From assembly GCA_951406725.2 (NCBI GenBank), contig OX597815.1:93434001-93498000 (forward strand): a stretch of 64,000 nucleotides of DNA. Reading direction: 5' to 3'. This stretch comes from Octopus vulgaris. Its lineage: Eukaryota. Below the pieces are notes generated by a model. That model ran no database searches. It saw only the letters and a list, made by a program, of their open reading frames with translations, and had not been told where the DNA came from. The first letter of the stretch is position 1. Every line of letters starts with the position of its first letter. The position numbers and the translations under genes are program-made. Shown here piece by piece: positions 28,815 to 40,505 of the stretch.

Positions 28815-30012
28815 ATCATGTGTGGAAGAGGGAGGCCCAGGAAGACATGAGATGAAGTGGTGAGGACCGATCTCAAGATATTAGGACTCATGGAGGAAAT
28901 GACAATGGACTGAGATGTTTGGCGATATGAGGTTCTAGAGAAGACCAGCCCATGTCAGTGAAGTTAAGTAACAAACTTTCACACACTCTTCCCCAAGAAA
29001 CTGAAAATCTCATCTAAACAGCATCTTTTTCTCCTTCACATTTCTTCTTTATACATTATGATCATCTTCCCTGTCCTCACTGCTCTGCTTACTATAAACA
29101 CTGCTTTCCCCCACCCCATCTTTACACTCAGGTTTTCACCAGTTGCTGCAGTCTCCATTCCCTACTTGTACCTTCTTGACAATACCTGACCATGTATATT
29201 ATGACTTCCCTATCTTGAAGGCATGCCCTGGCAATTGCTACCAGTTAACGCTCTCTTTCTTACCCGACCATCACATATATGATCTGATGCTTGTTACTTG
29301 TGAATACACCCCAGCACTTCACCACCACCTCTCTCCTGCTCTCTCTTGCATTTTTGCTGTTTCCGACTCTCTTTCCTTTTCTCTTCCCTCTGGCTGGGTA
29401 AGCATGTATCTCCTCTACAGCAGCCCACTTGTTTCTGCTCTCATTCTTGACCTCTCTCTCTCTCTCTCTCCCTCTCTCTCTCCTTCTTTTGTTTTTCCTC
29501 TGACTAGGTAACCAAATATCTCCTTTACACCAGCACACTTGTTTTTGCCCTCTTTCTTGTACCTCTCTCTCTCTCCCTCTCCTCTCCTCTCTCTCGCCAG
29601 GTAACCATGTACCTCCTTTGTAGCAAAACACCAGTTTCTACATCTCTATTTCTCTGTCACACTAACTTTTTATCATCTGACACAAGATCCCCTTCTCCAA
29701 TGCCTCCACCCCTCTCAAAATTCCTTGTCTTGCAAGTTACTTGGTGATCTTGCCAGTACTGATGTCATGTAAAAAGTATCCAGTCTACACTGTAAAGTAG
29801 TTGGCGTCCAGCTGTAAAAATCTTGCCAAAACTAACCTCGGCTGCGCTGGTGCCACGTAAAAAGCATCGAGTCCACTCCACAGAGTGGTTGGTGTTAGGA
29901 AGGGCATCCAGCCATAAAAAAAACCCTGCCAAAACAGACACAGTAGCCTTGGGTAGATTTTCTACTTGATCAGCTCCTGTCAACTGTCCTACCTACCCAT
30001 GCATGCATGGAA
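28815..30012 (+). mobile_element. RTE 3' fragment with long CT-rich 3' UTR
   Basis: CGRGRPRKT*DEVVR coding remnant at 28820-28870, a pyrimidine-rich body, and the shared tail GGTTGGTGTTAGGAAGGGCATCCAGC..CCCATGCATGCATGGAA. Confidence 0.7.
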
Positions 30013-30013
30013 G

Positions 30014-30057
<44 letters not shown>

Positions 30058-30089
30058 GCGTGTGCGTGCATGCATGTATTTATTTATTC

Positions 30090-30265
30090 AATGGACCTCT
30101 TTCAGTTTCTGTTTCACCACATTCACACACAAGGTTTTGGTTGGCCTGGGACTATAGAAGAAGAGATTTGCCCAAGATATGTAGTGAGACTGGACCTGAA
30201 ACCATATGGTTGGGATGGAAGCTTCTTAATAACACAGTCAGCCATGCTTGTGTACAGCCACACCT
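30090..30265 (-). mobile_element. Partial SINE (5' half)
   Basis: Matches the TTCAGTTTC..CACAAGG..CTATAG.AGAAGA...TTGCCCAAG segment of the 27085-27476 copy. Confidence 0.65.
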
Positions 30266-30279
30266 GCACGCATACATAT

Positions 30280-30353
<74 letters not shown>

Positions 30354-30639
30354 TCACACATACATTTATACAATAATCAACTAATTAATATGTGAATATT
30401 CATTTGCATGTGTGTGTGTGTGTGTGTGTGTTTGTGTGTACACACTTCTCTGCAAAATAAAACTTAACTTCCTTTGTAACAAGAACCTAACACTACATTA
30501 ATAAAACATTAAAAAGAGGATATGGCACAATTAGACAAATCTGTTAAATTGGTAATTTTAATTTGAAACCAGAAACAGGAAAAAATACATATTTCCCAAC
30601 CAGTTATTAGGAAAGCAAGTGAGGTACATTATAGCCAAA

Positions 30640-31220
30640 GTTAGTGAGAAACAAAACAGTTCAAATATGTGATCTTGCCACCAGGGTCATGTACTTCCTA
30701 TGGAAGCCCCTTTGGTATCACTGCTCTATCTCCCGGAAGACAAAGCTCCACATCTACAAAGTTTTGATCCCCGCCATTCTCCTCTATGGAGCAAAAGTGT
30801 GGTCCTTTGTGAAGACCCTGACAAAGAGGGTCAACAGTTTCAACAGAAAAAGCCCTCAGAACCATCAAGAACATAAGATGGTACCATCGTGTTACCAATA
30901 AAGAACTGCATGTGCACTCACATCAACCCGCAGCCTCCCACCTCAGGTGCTGGTACAGACATGTCCTCTGCCTCCCACTGATCATCCTACCAAGGCCTTG
31001 CTCTCATTCAACACAGCAACTGCAGGCTCTGCACCAGATGGCTGGATGTGACTAAGGAAGATCTCTAGATCTTGAAGGATGCAGAGGGGCTGGTACAAAA
31101 CTGCCAGCGATGGAGAACACTGGTGGACCTGCTAAGCTCCACACACAATGATACCTCTGAGACCACTAACCTGGGATGGCCCCAGCCCCATTAAGCAACA
31201 GCATGAAGCAAGCAAGAAGC
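30640..31220 (+). mobile_element. 3' fragment of a second RTE-type LINE family
   Basis: LWYHCSISRKTKLHIYKVLIPAILLYGAKVW (TKxxxY..LLYGxExW motif). Ends in a short (GCAA)n tail. Confidence 0.7.
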
Positions 31221-32326
31221 ATTTGAGAATGACAAAAATAATTTAGTTTGTTAAATCCACATTGTTTGGTTAACTATAAATTAATATTTAAAAAGAAACC
31301 ATGTTATAACACCATTCCAAGTGTTATAATTTATAAGGGCATTTGACTTATCAAATATAATATCCAACTCCAAAGAATTTTATTAAACGTGTGTCCAGTC
31401 AGCAAGCAGCAGAAAAGAAATAGAATTCTAATAATGTGAATCAAAGAGTTGAAACTATTATCTAGTCCCCTGTCAACCTTGATTATGCAGACCTATGATA
31501 AAATGCATTCTATTTCTGACCACTCCTTTTTTAGGAGTGCCTTACACACACACACATTGTAAAGGTGCATGGCTTAGTGGTTGGGTGTTGCATTCACGAT
31601 TGTGAGATCGTGGGTTCAATTCCCAGATACAAGATAGTATCAATAGTGCTCTGAACCTTCTAAAGATAAGTGTGTGAGCACAATATGAATCATATCTCAG
31701 TTTGATCTCATGAATTTTCAAGAAAGATGGAGAAAATATGAATAACAACAGAAAATTTCCAGTAGGACACTTCCTGGTTGAAGCCAGTTTGTCTTCCTAA
31801 CGCCAACCTAACGCCAACCACTTTACAGAGAGTGCTGGGTGCTTTTACATGGCACTGCATGGCTGTTTTTAAGTGGCATCACACGGGCCTTTATGTGGCA
31901 CCAAATGGGGGGGGGGGGGTTATGCGGTACTGTACAAGCACTTTTACATGGCATCACATGGATGCTTTTACATGGCTCTGCCATGAGAGCTTTACACCAC
32001 CAGAGGGACCAGTCTTAACACTTCTGCTGTTGAGTATGGGTCTTCTTGAGCACAACAAGGCACCAGGCATATGCACACATATACACATAAACATATATGC
32101 ATATACGAACTACTGTACTTCCACTGCCATGTATATTGGAATCACTTAACCAAGTTCTGAAAAGCAAACATTAAACACAGGTTCCAATCATTACTAATGA
32201 TTATTTTTTTTTTACTAGGTGTGATGTTTTATGAACTAATAATTTACTACTATTTATATAAGAAGTTTTTGCTTTCTTAAAAAGAAACAATTCTGATGCT
32301 AAGATATTAGGAAATAAATTGCTTAC

Positions 32327-32401
32327 CTGAAAGATATGCAACTCTTTCTCTGAGAATTGGAACAATATCGGCTGCTTTCAATCCATCATTTCTTCTACCA
32401 C
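32327..32401 (-). CDS. TRIO: Coding exon of a Trio/Kalirin-family RhoGEF (start of the SEC14/CRAL-TRIO domain)
   Basis: ttcttatttttag|GTGGTAGA...CTTTCAG|gtaagc, 75 nt, phase 1-1. It encodes GRRNDGLKAADIVPILRERVAYLSG, matching from memory vertebrate Kalirin RNDGLKASDVLPILKEKVAFVSG and Trio KAMDVLPILKEKVAYLSG. Confidence 0.9.
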
Positions 32402-32492
32402 CTAAAAATAAGAAAGAAGTAAAAATGTATTTTATTTTCACAAGTAGCATTAAAATTAAGAACAATTTTTTTCATCTGAAACAGGAACACTT

Positions 32493-32710
32493 CCACCCTT
32501 TTGATATCAACCCCACTGAGACTGCCCTTGCTTCTATGACACAAATTTCTTGTTTTAAAGTAATGTTAATTAAAACCTTCCATTAAAATTCCATGTTAAA
32601 TACCAGCTTAATAATTGACAAAGTTATTTCACTAAATTCATCATTATTTTCAAAATTAACAGAAAGAAAGACAGTGTATTTCAACAGAAATATAGTAATA
32701 AAAGAGTTAA
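32493..32710 (+). mobile_element. Diverged piggyBac-type MITE
   Basis: Colinear with the 59915-60143 copy: ACCCTTTTGATATC..GTTATTTCACTAAATT..GTAATAAAAGAGTTAA. Confidence 0.6.
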
Positions 32711-33369
32711 AAATATTTTTGTTTATATGGAGCAGAATTAATAATGGACAACATTTAATGATGTTCAATCAAAAAGAGACCTAACTTTTAAAATAGGGCA
32801 CCAGCCAGCCAGTACTGCATGTTCACAACTGCAGAGCTAAGTACATGTGACCTTCAACTTCTGACTAACAATAGCCAAATTATGCTATGTTAATTAGTCA
32901 TTGATTCACATGTGCTACAGTGAACATATATATGGTGCACCTGGTGATTTGCTACATATTGAACAATAAGATTTAGAAGAACAAAGTGTGTGAAATTCTG
33001 TTTAGAATTGGAGGAGAGACTATTAGAGAATGTTGCAATAGGCTTAGAGAAAAGATTACTTGAACTAATGCAATGTCACAAGTAGTTCCAACTATAGCTT
33101 CCCAATTTTTTAAATCTAAAACTTATTACTTCAGAGAAATCAAAAGGAGAAAACAAAAATCCTGGGCTTTCAAGAATTTTCTGGAAATAGACCTATTGAT
33201 TTTCATTTTTAACTCTTTTATTTTAAACTCAAGTGCTTGACTTAGAGTATGACTAGAAGGCAAGAATCATAAGCATTAAAATTATCTTATCAAAGAAATG
33301 TATAATTGTACAGAAAATCTAATAAATTACAAAAAAGAAAGTTAAGATAAAAATTTCTTGGAATATGCA

Positions 33370-34900
33370 AAGAATATTCAAATCAGATAGATAGTATTGT
33401 TTCAAAAAGCATATATTATTGATAGTGTCATTACTCTTAACTTGATTTCAGTTTTTATGCAGAAAAACCTGTTTCTATGGAAGTTGGAGGATAAAACAGT
33501 TTGTGCAGAAATTTCAAACATTTTCAGTTGTTTGGATTATTTTCAAAAACCTTGTTAATAGCAACATTCAATCTGTGTAGTAGAGATGTTTCTTTTGATG
33601 GAATCGGTGCTTCAAATCTCATGACTTAATATTGAGAATAAGAAGAGAATTTTTCTGACAAAGTAATGAACAATTTTCAAACAGTTTCTCTGATATTTTG
33701 CAAAAAGTAGAAACAGGTTAAGTGTATCCAAAATTAAAAGAAATTACATAAATACTTTATTGATTCCTTTGCCACTTTGTATTTTTTCTGAGGTTTTTTT
33801 TTTTTTAAATTTTAAATGGAAATTGTCTCAATGAGAGGGGCTGTGGTGTAATTTGTCAATTCAATTTTTCTAGAATAAAAAACAAAATACACCTGCAAAG
33901 ACCAAGGTCACATCACTGCAACCTAATTTTTCAAATCCTATTTTAATTCATTCTGATGTTGCTTCAATTTTTAAAGAACAAGAATATTTCTAACATTGCA
34001 AAAAGGTTATTCCATTTTGTCTTTGTATAAATTATAATTGATGATCATGCTCTTCTTTAAATATTTATTGTTTTTTTTTTTGTTTGTTTTTTAAATCTAC
34101 AAAATTAATTGAGAATTTTCATTTTCATAAGATATCCAATGCTTTTAATTTTCTTCAACGAAAGAGCCTTCTGCAATAGAAGCTATGTCCCAAATTTAAG
34201 TTTCCTGTAAATCAACATAAATTATTGACCATATATATAAGTGCAGAATCTACATTTAGATCACCATCCTTGAATCTACCTTCAAACTCATCATTATTGT
34301 AAGAGTTAGTTAAACTAACTTCATCAGAATCTGACTTGGTTTTCTTGTAAATAACATCAGAAACAGCCAAATGAAAACCATGTGCACAACATAATACTTG
34401 CAGTTATACTTGCTCTATCCGTTATGACTGGACATATACTTTTTCCCAATCAATATTGAATTCAGAAAGTTTTGTTTCTCAAAGTCCAATAATTTTTCAG
34501 CAGCTAAACTCCCATAAATTCTGATCATTTCTAAATTCCCAAATTTACCAGATAAATGTGCATCGACATTCAAATACCAACAATTATGCAAAGATGTATA
34601 TTCATCTAAAGAAACACTGAATTTTTCAGAATTTCTCTTTCTTTTAATTATTTCAATAATCAAATTTTTCCTCCAATCATCTGCAATGAGAATCATTTTT
34701 TGGTAAAATCCAACCTTAATCTGTAACTTCTCAGCTAGCAGAACTTTTAACCATTGCATTTACAGAAAATCCATCAATAACTAATTTGGATACTATTTCA
34801 TCTATAGTTCATCTACTTTTCCTTAAAGAAGGTTATTTTCTGTTGGTTGGTTCTTCTCGAAAAAGGATTTTCTATTTCAGTTGTACTAGTTTCTGAAGAA
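33370..34900 (-). pseudogene. Degenerate hAT (Ac/ZBED-like) transposase
   Basis: FSVSLDEYTS (first catalytic Asp), CCAHGFHLAVSDVIYK (CxxH motif) near 34345-34392, and PPTSIETGFS (dimerisation-domain-like) near 33460-33490. Many frameshifts. Confidence 0.75.
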
Positions 34901-35869
34901 ATTACTATCTTAAAATGATGTTAAAGTCTCTCTCTCTGTAAGACAGTCTTGCAATGAAAAATAAATATTTAAATAATACAGCAGTTTCTAACTGCTATTT
35001 TAACCAAATCTCTTGAGAATTTAGGGTCTGGAAATCACAGGAGGGAAGGTCTAGCATCAACATTTCAAATCTGGAAAAACATCCACTGAATGTAATCCCA
35101 TATTTGAATGACCTTCCATAACAACTGATGGTAGTTAAAAATGCATGCTGTGATTCATGAAAATCACCATCTGATTATCCATGAAGTTGTCTATGCTGTG
35201 AAGTGGCTGATTTTATCTGGAACAAACCATGATAAACTCCCTTCTAGGAGCAAACTCTAAATAAAAACTGATATAAAGTATTGTATGCTTTAGTCCAGTT
35301 TTCTAGATTTGGAGGATTGGTAAAATGCACAAAGTCCATATTGTATTTAGTAGATGGGAAAGGTATCCAACCTATGAAATCCATGGATGGGTGGGAACAA
35401 AGCTGGCAGGTTATTTCTGCTAGCTGAGTCATAGCAACATCATCACCCTACAGTAGTCAAGTAATTGTTCATTATTGATTGCACCAAAGTTTAGCATGGT
35501 CAGATTTTCTTCTTTGAAGGAAAATGTTAGATTTTCCACATCAAGAATTTCAACTGAGAATATTTGATCAGTGATCCACACAATAAACCTGATCTGATGC
35601 AGTGAATAACACTACAGTCTAATTGAGAAAATCACATCAACTGTGAAACATCTGCTAATAAATGATTTGATACATTTGTACATTGACTTTCACACTGGGG
35701 TTAGTTTTTCTTTTTGACAAAGTTTGGGAAAATCAGTAAGTGAAATTCAGAATAACGGGATCAGTATTTGGAATCAATATTTTAGTGCTGGGTGTCCTTT
35801 CCAATGTTAAAGATAATGTCAGATAATGAAATATGCTTAAACTCTTTAGACAGAACTATATATATATAT

Positions 35870-36641
35870 ATATACTACATATGTGGGAAATTCTGTCTGT
35901 GGGTGTGTTTGTAGAGTTGTTAGCAAACTCCTCCTACATCATTTTATCGATTTTGATGAAACTCGACATATGAGTAGAACTCATGTCTGGAAACCTCATA
36001 GCATACTCAGATATTTGAAAAAAATTGATAATAGGGCCCCTGAAGGGATCCTTATATATAGCCAATGGAAATAACCCATTCATTTTCCTAAATTATTTGG
36101 TATAAATCAAATTGAGTATACTTATTTTTAGTATTTGAACTGTTATTTTCGCAATTTATCCAGTACAACCCTAATAGATCCACTTATTTTGGTTAGTGAC
36201 TTATTCACGAATATAACAACACTAGCACTGCTGAGGGTAATATTCTCTGGGAATGCACAAAAGCTCTTTTCAGAGTTATTTACTTTGAATTATTATTATC
36301 TCATACCTGATAAACCTGTTATTATGTAACATGCTTCACGATTTTAGTATACATACCTTAGTATTTCCTCCTAAGTTCTATATTCTCTAGGAACGCATTA
36401 AAGCCCTTTTCAGGGTTACTGTATTTGAATTCTTACTATTGGGTAACTAATAACTAATACTATTGGGTAACTTAAAAACAAGATCCTATGTAAGACAGTT
36501 TGGTATTCTCTGTAAATGCACAAAAACTGTTTTAAGGGCTACATACTTTGTATTGTTGTTATTGGATTAGTGAAACAATTATGAGAACAGAACCAAAGGA
36601 TAAACCTTGCTTTCCCAGGAATTACCAGGTACGTCAGCTAG
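35870..36641 (+). mobile_element. Non-autonomous Helitron with three internal 120-140 bp repeats
   Basis: Lies in (TA)n and ends CCCAGGAATTACCAGGTACGTCAG-CTAG|T. It shares GATTTTGATGAAACTCGAC with the 9791-10172 element. Repeats of TATTCTCT..ATGCACAAAA..TTTT occur near 36241, 36381 and 36504. Confidence 0.65.
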
Positions 36642-36832
36642 TATATATATATATATATATAGGTTATGAGAAGTAATGGTGCCATTGAGACCCAAAGGCA
36701 TCAGGTAATGCTGAATAAGTGCTATAGATGGACCACAGTTAAGTTCCAGGTACGGTGATTATGCGAATAAGTAATTCAATGTTGGTCATATGTCAGTGAG
36801 TGTATATAAAAATGTTATTTCGTAATGAGATG

Positions 36833-37177
36833 AAAAACCAAGGCTGTGTAGATTTTGGAACATTTATAGATAGGTCTTACAGCTGTTTCCAGGATATTTA
36901 TTATATCCCTTCATCAGAGACGGTGTGAGAGAATGGTAAAGAAATAGTTAATTTAGATAAGATATAAAATAGAGAGTGAGGTGGAGGAAATAAAAGAAAA
37001 TAGGGTTAGGGTTCTTTTATTTCCTCCACCTCACTCTCTATTTTATATTTTATCTAAATTAACTATTTCTTAACCATCCTCTCACACTGTCTCCAATGAA
37101 GGGATATAATAAATATCCTGGAAACAGCTGTAAGACCTATCTATAAATGTTCTAAAATCTACACAGCCTTGGTTTTT
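36833..37177. mobile_element. PLE-type inverted terminal-repeat hairpin, arms about 166 bp, 13-nt loop
   Basis: AAAAACCAAGGCTGTGTAGATTTT...GGAAATAAAAGAA pairs with TTCTTTTATTTCC...AAAATCTACACAGCCTTGGTTTTT, with few mismatches. Each arm contains a hammerhead-like sequence. Confidence 0.85.
36874..36921 (-). ncRNA. Minimal type I hammerhead ribozyme, PLE-type, sense to the host gene
   Basis: Minus strand GTCT-CTGATGA-AGGGATATAATAAATATCCTG-GAA-ACAGCTGT-A-AGAC: canonical core, stem II GGATAT/ATATCC, palindromic stem III and a GUA triplet. Confidence 0.7.
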
Positions 37178-37197
37178 TTATCTCTTTACGAAATAAA

Positions 37198-37247
<50 letters not shown>

Positions 37248-37277
37248 CACACACACATGCACATACATACACACACA

Positions 37278-37635
37278 CCTCATTTAACATCTGTTTTCCA
37301 TGCTGGGTTGGTTTGGATGGTTTGATAGGAGCTGGGAAACCAGAGAGCACCAAGCTCCAACTGTCTGTTTTGGGCATGATTTTAGTGACTGGATTTTCTT
37401 CCTAACACCAACCACTTTACAGAGTGTACTAGGTGCTTTTTATGCGACACCAGCTCAAGCGCTTTTTATGTGGTACTAGCACAGATGCTTTTTATGCAGC
37501 ACCAGTACCAGTGGAGTCACCAAGTAGCTTGCAAGACAGAGACCTCCTAACTGAGAGAGGGAGTGAAACTGTAGGAAGTGGTTGAGTGCCAGGAGAGAAC
37601 TATTGAGGAGATACTTGGCCACCCCAGTAGAATAA

Positions 37636-37669
<34 letters not shown>

Positions 37670-38150
37670 ACAGTCTGAGTGAGAGAAAGGAAGAGGCAGG
37701 TGGGATTGGAGATGTATTGGAACAGAGAATACAGGGAACAGAGAGGTATAAGTGATACGGAGGGGATATAGGGTGTTGTTCCATAAGAATGTGAGGACAG
37801 ATGTTTACAGATGGGGAAGACATGGCTGTAGAAAGTGATAGTAAGAGAAATTGGAATGGCTGGGAAGGGGTATAGCAGATATATGAGGGCATGGAGAGTG
37901 TGTGGATAAGCACAAGAGGGAGACTGGGAGGGCCTGCAGAGAATGAGGCACAAGGGAGAATAAAGGAGAAGGCTTGCAGCAGGTGGTGGAGGTGTTTGGA
38001 AGATAGGTTGAGAAGGAGTTTTGACAGAGGATAGACCGAGTGAGCCAACTGAAAGGGTGAGGAAGGGGTAACAAGAGGGAACAGGGGTATATGGGACAGG
38101 ATTCTGCATTTGAAGAGTAGGTTTGTAAGGATGTTTGCTAGCAGACATAT
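37278..38150 (-). mobile_element. RTE-tail-bearing element with long pyrimidine-rich body
   Basis: CATTTAACATCTGTTTTCCATGCTG..TTCCTAACACCAACCACTTTACAGAGTG tail on the plus strand, followed by a GA-rich tract. Confidence 0.6.
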
Positions 38151-39312
38151 CATACAAGTTTCATATAAGTTTCATCCTGCAATTGATTTATTGTCATTTG
38201 TTCACTTCACACTTGCTGCATCTACCAGAAGAGGGTGTAATATGAACCATAAAAGATAAAATAACACCAATAATTAAACCACTGGCAAGTACACTTGTCC
38301 ATCTTTCCGATGTGAGCATGCTAGGTATGTCTTTTTTATATTGTAGTACTGTCACTGATAGTGAGCTGATGTCAATGACAGGGAGGGGAGAGGGATAAAA
38401 AAGCTTTTTGTAGAGGTTTCCGGTATAGGAGGCTTCCAGAAGATCCCCCCACTCTGTACAGGTGATGGGGGTGGGTTAGGAAGGTGTACTACAAACAATC
38501 AAGCCACAGTCATGGCTACATCTTGACAGAGGAAAGTAATGGGGAGGAAAAAATACATCTGTTCACAGGTCAAAAGGACATTGCTGATACAAAACAAACA
38601 AGATGGCATAAGATGGCAGGCTTTACATGTTTTCAGGACAGAAGGTCCTTCTTAATGAAGGAGGCAAAGACAGCACATTTTTACAGGAATGAATTAACTT
38701 TAAAACAGTGTGGCTTTAGAAATGTAAGTTGAAATGGAATGAAATTATGCTAAAATTAAAAATAAGGATATAAAACAAAGCTTCACTTATTTGAAAATAT
38801 CTTTTTAAATCACAACAGAACAATAATGACTAAGTAATGCAGAGTGAGTCAGCAAGACAAACAAGACTTAACACACACACCCACACACTCTTGTGCACAC
38901 CATACAGTGGGATCAAACTCAGAACCACACAGTTGTGAAACAAACTTCTTAGCCAAATGGCTTTGCCTGCACCTATATACATTATCTCTTTACTGCATAT
39001 AACAATACATAACTTAACACACTTTATTTTGTGTAGTTAAAACTACAGTTTTTATTACATTACAGTGATGCATTGAAAACAGTTATTTAAATATGGAACA
39101 TTCCAACAACTGATATAAATTTTATGCTACATTGTTTATTTCCAATTTGTTTAGTCTGAAGCTAAACTATAATTTTGGGACATTTTAAACATTTTTACTT
39201 ATGTAATAATATAACATTATTTACATATACAGTATTATATAAAAACCACCATTCAATGTATTTCTTTAAGACTTATTCTGCTGTTGATTATATAATACTT
39301 TGCCTAATTAGT

Positions 39313-40234
39313 ACGCCCGACGACCTCACGCAACACACCCTTCTATTTGCCGACGATATCAAACTGGTCGCTCCTCGCGGTAATATAGAGGATCTTCGTC
39401 GATGCCTCCACCAAATTTGGAAGTGGTCTAACAATTGGGACCTGTGTCTGAACGTGTCAAAGTGCTGTCATCTGCCTGTCGGCTCTACTCCTGCAACTCA
39501 ACTTGATTTCGAGCCGGGTCGTCTGCTGCTGGAGAGGACCGATCAGATAAAGGACCTGGGTATCTTGGTGGATTCCTCCTTTTCGCCTTCGGCCCAGTGC
39601 GTCCATGCTGCCAACAAAGCACGCGGAATTCTGTTCTTGATTCGACGGTCATTCGGAATGCTCACAGCAGCCATATTCCTACCACTCTATGTCACGCTGG
39701 TGAGACCCATATTGGAGTGTGGGATTCAAGCCTCTTCTCCTTATCTCCTCAAAGACATACAGCATCTCGAAAGAGTCCAGAAGCTGGCTACCCGCATGGT
39801 TCATGGTCTCAAAAATTTGTCCTACGAAGAAAGGCTGAGGACGCTCGACCTTTATTCTCTTGAAAAACGCCGCCGCCGTGGTGATCTCATTCTCGCCCAC
39901 AACATCATAAGCGGAAAGTGTAACCTCTCGAAAGAGCTGTTCTTCACTCCTGCTCCAGAGCGTCGGCTGCGGGGTCATTCCGAAAAGCTCTACCTGCGAC
40001 GATTTCATCTCAATCGAAGGAGAGGAGCTTTCTCCGTCCGGGTTGCGGATCCGTGGAACAAGCTGCCAGACGAGATGGTGAAGATGCCGACGACCGCTTT
40101 GTTCAAAGCCTCCCTTGACCTCAAGTGGCCTGAACTCTTTACATGAACACCACCCTGTACTTAACTCCATGTCCCCCTACATGGCCTTGCTATTTGCTTT
40201 TGAGCCAAATTAACTAACTAACTAACTAACTAAC
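39313..40234 (+). mobile_element. Young 5'-truncated CR1/L2-type LINE (second family)
   Basis: Abrupt GC rise at about 39313. Open frame LLFADDIK, IKDLG, LVRPILE, LERVQKLATRMV, YEERL and YSLEKRRRRGDLI to the stop at 40146, then an (AACT)n tail. CpGs are retained. TTAGTAC on both sides is a possible TSD. Confidence 0.9.
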
Positions 40235-40505
40235 ATATTTAGTACAATGTAAACTATTAAAACTGAATAAAATGCATATATATGCTACCTACTTAAGAGG
40301 ATTTATCTCTCTCTCCCCACATCCAGGCATTGTCCACACACAACCTAGACAGCTCATGTTACACTTGTACTGATTACATAAACAGAGACCTTGAAACCAT
40401 CCTATAATGCGCAACAATACAACAATAAATTGGTCAATCAACAGAACAAAGAAATAATTACTCTACATAACAAGTAAACAATGTTGTTCTACGCACTCTC
40501 TAGAC

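Noticed and set aside
31561-31630. tRNA-like sequence with A and B boxes
   Set aside because: It is a SINE head (GGTGCATGGCTTAGTGG..GGTTCAATTCC) without a complete cloverleaf acceptor stem, not a tRNA gene.
37089-37136. Second hammerhead on the plus strand
   Set aside because: The core is mutated to CCAATGA (U4 and G5 lost), so it is predicted inactive.
37476-38157. 225-aa and 185-aa minus-strand ORFs
   Set aside because: They arise from a pyrimidine-rich repeat body with few stop codons and have no recognisable domain.
39175-39312. N-terminal part of the 323-aa ORF
   Set aside because: It is AT-rich flank that happens to be in frame. LINE sequence starts at about 39313.
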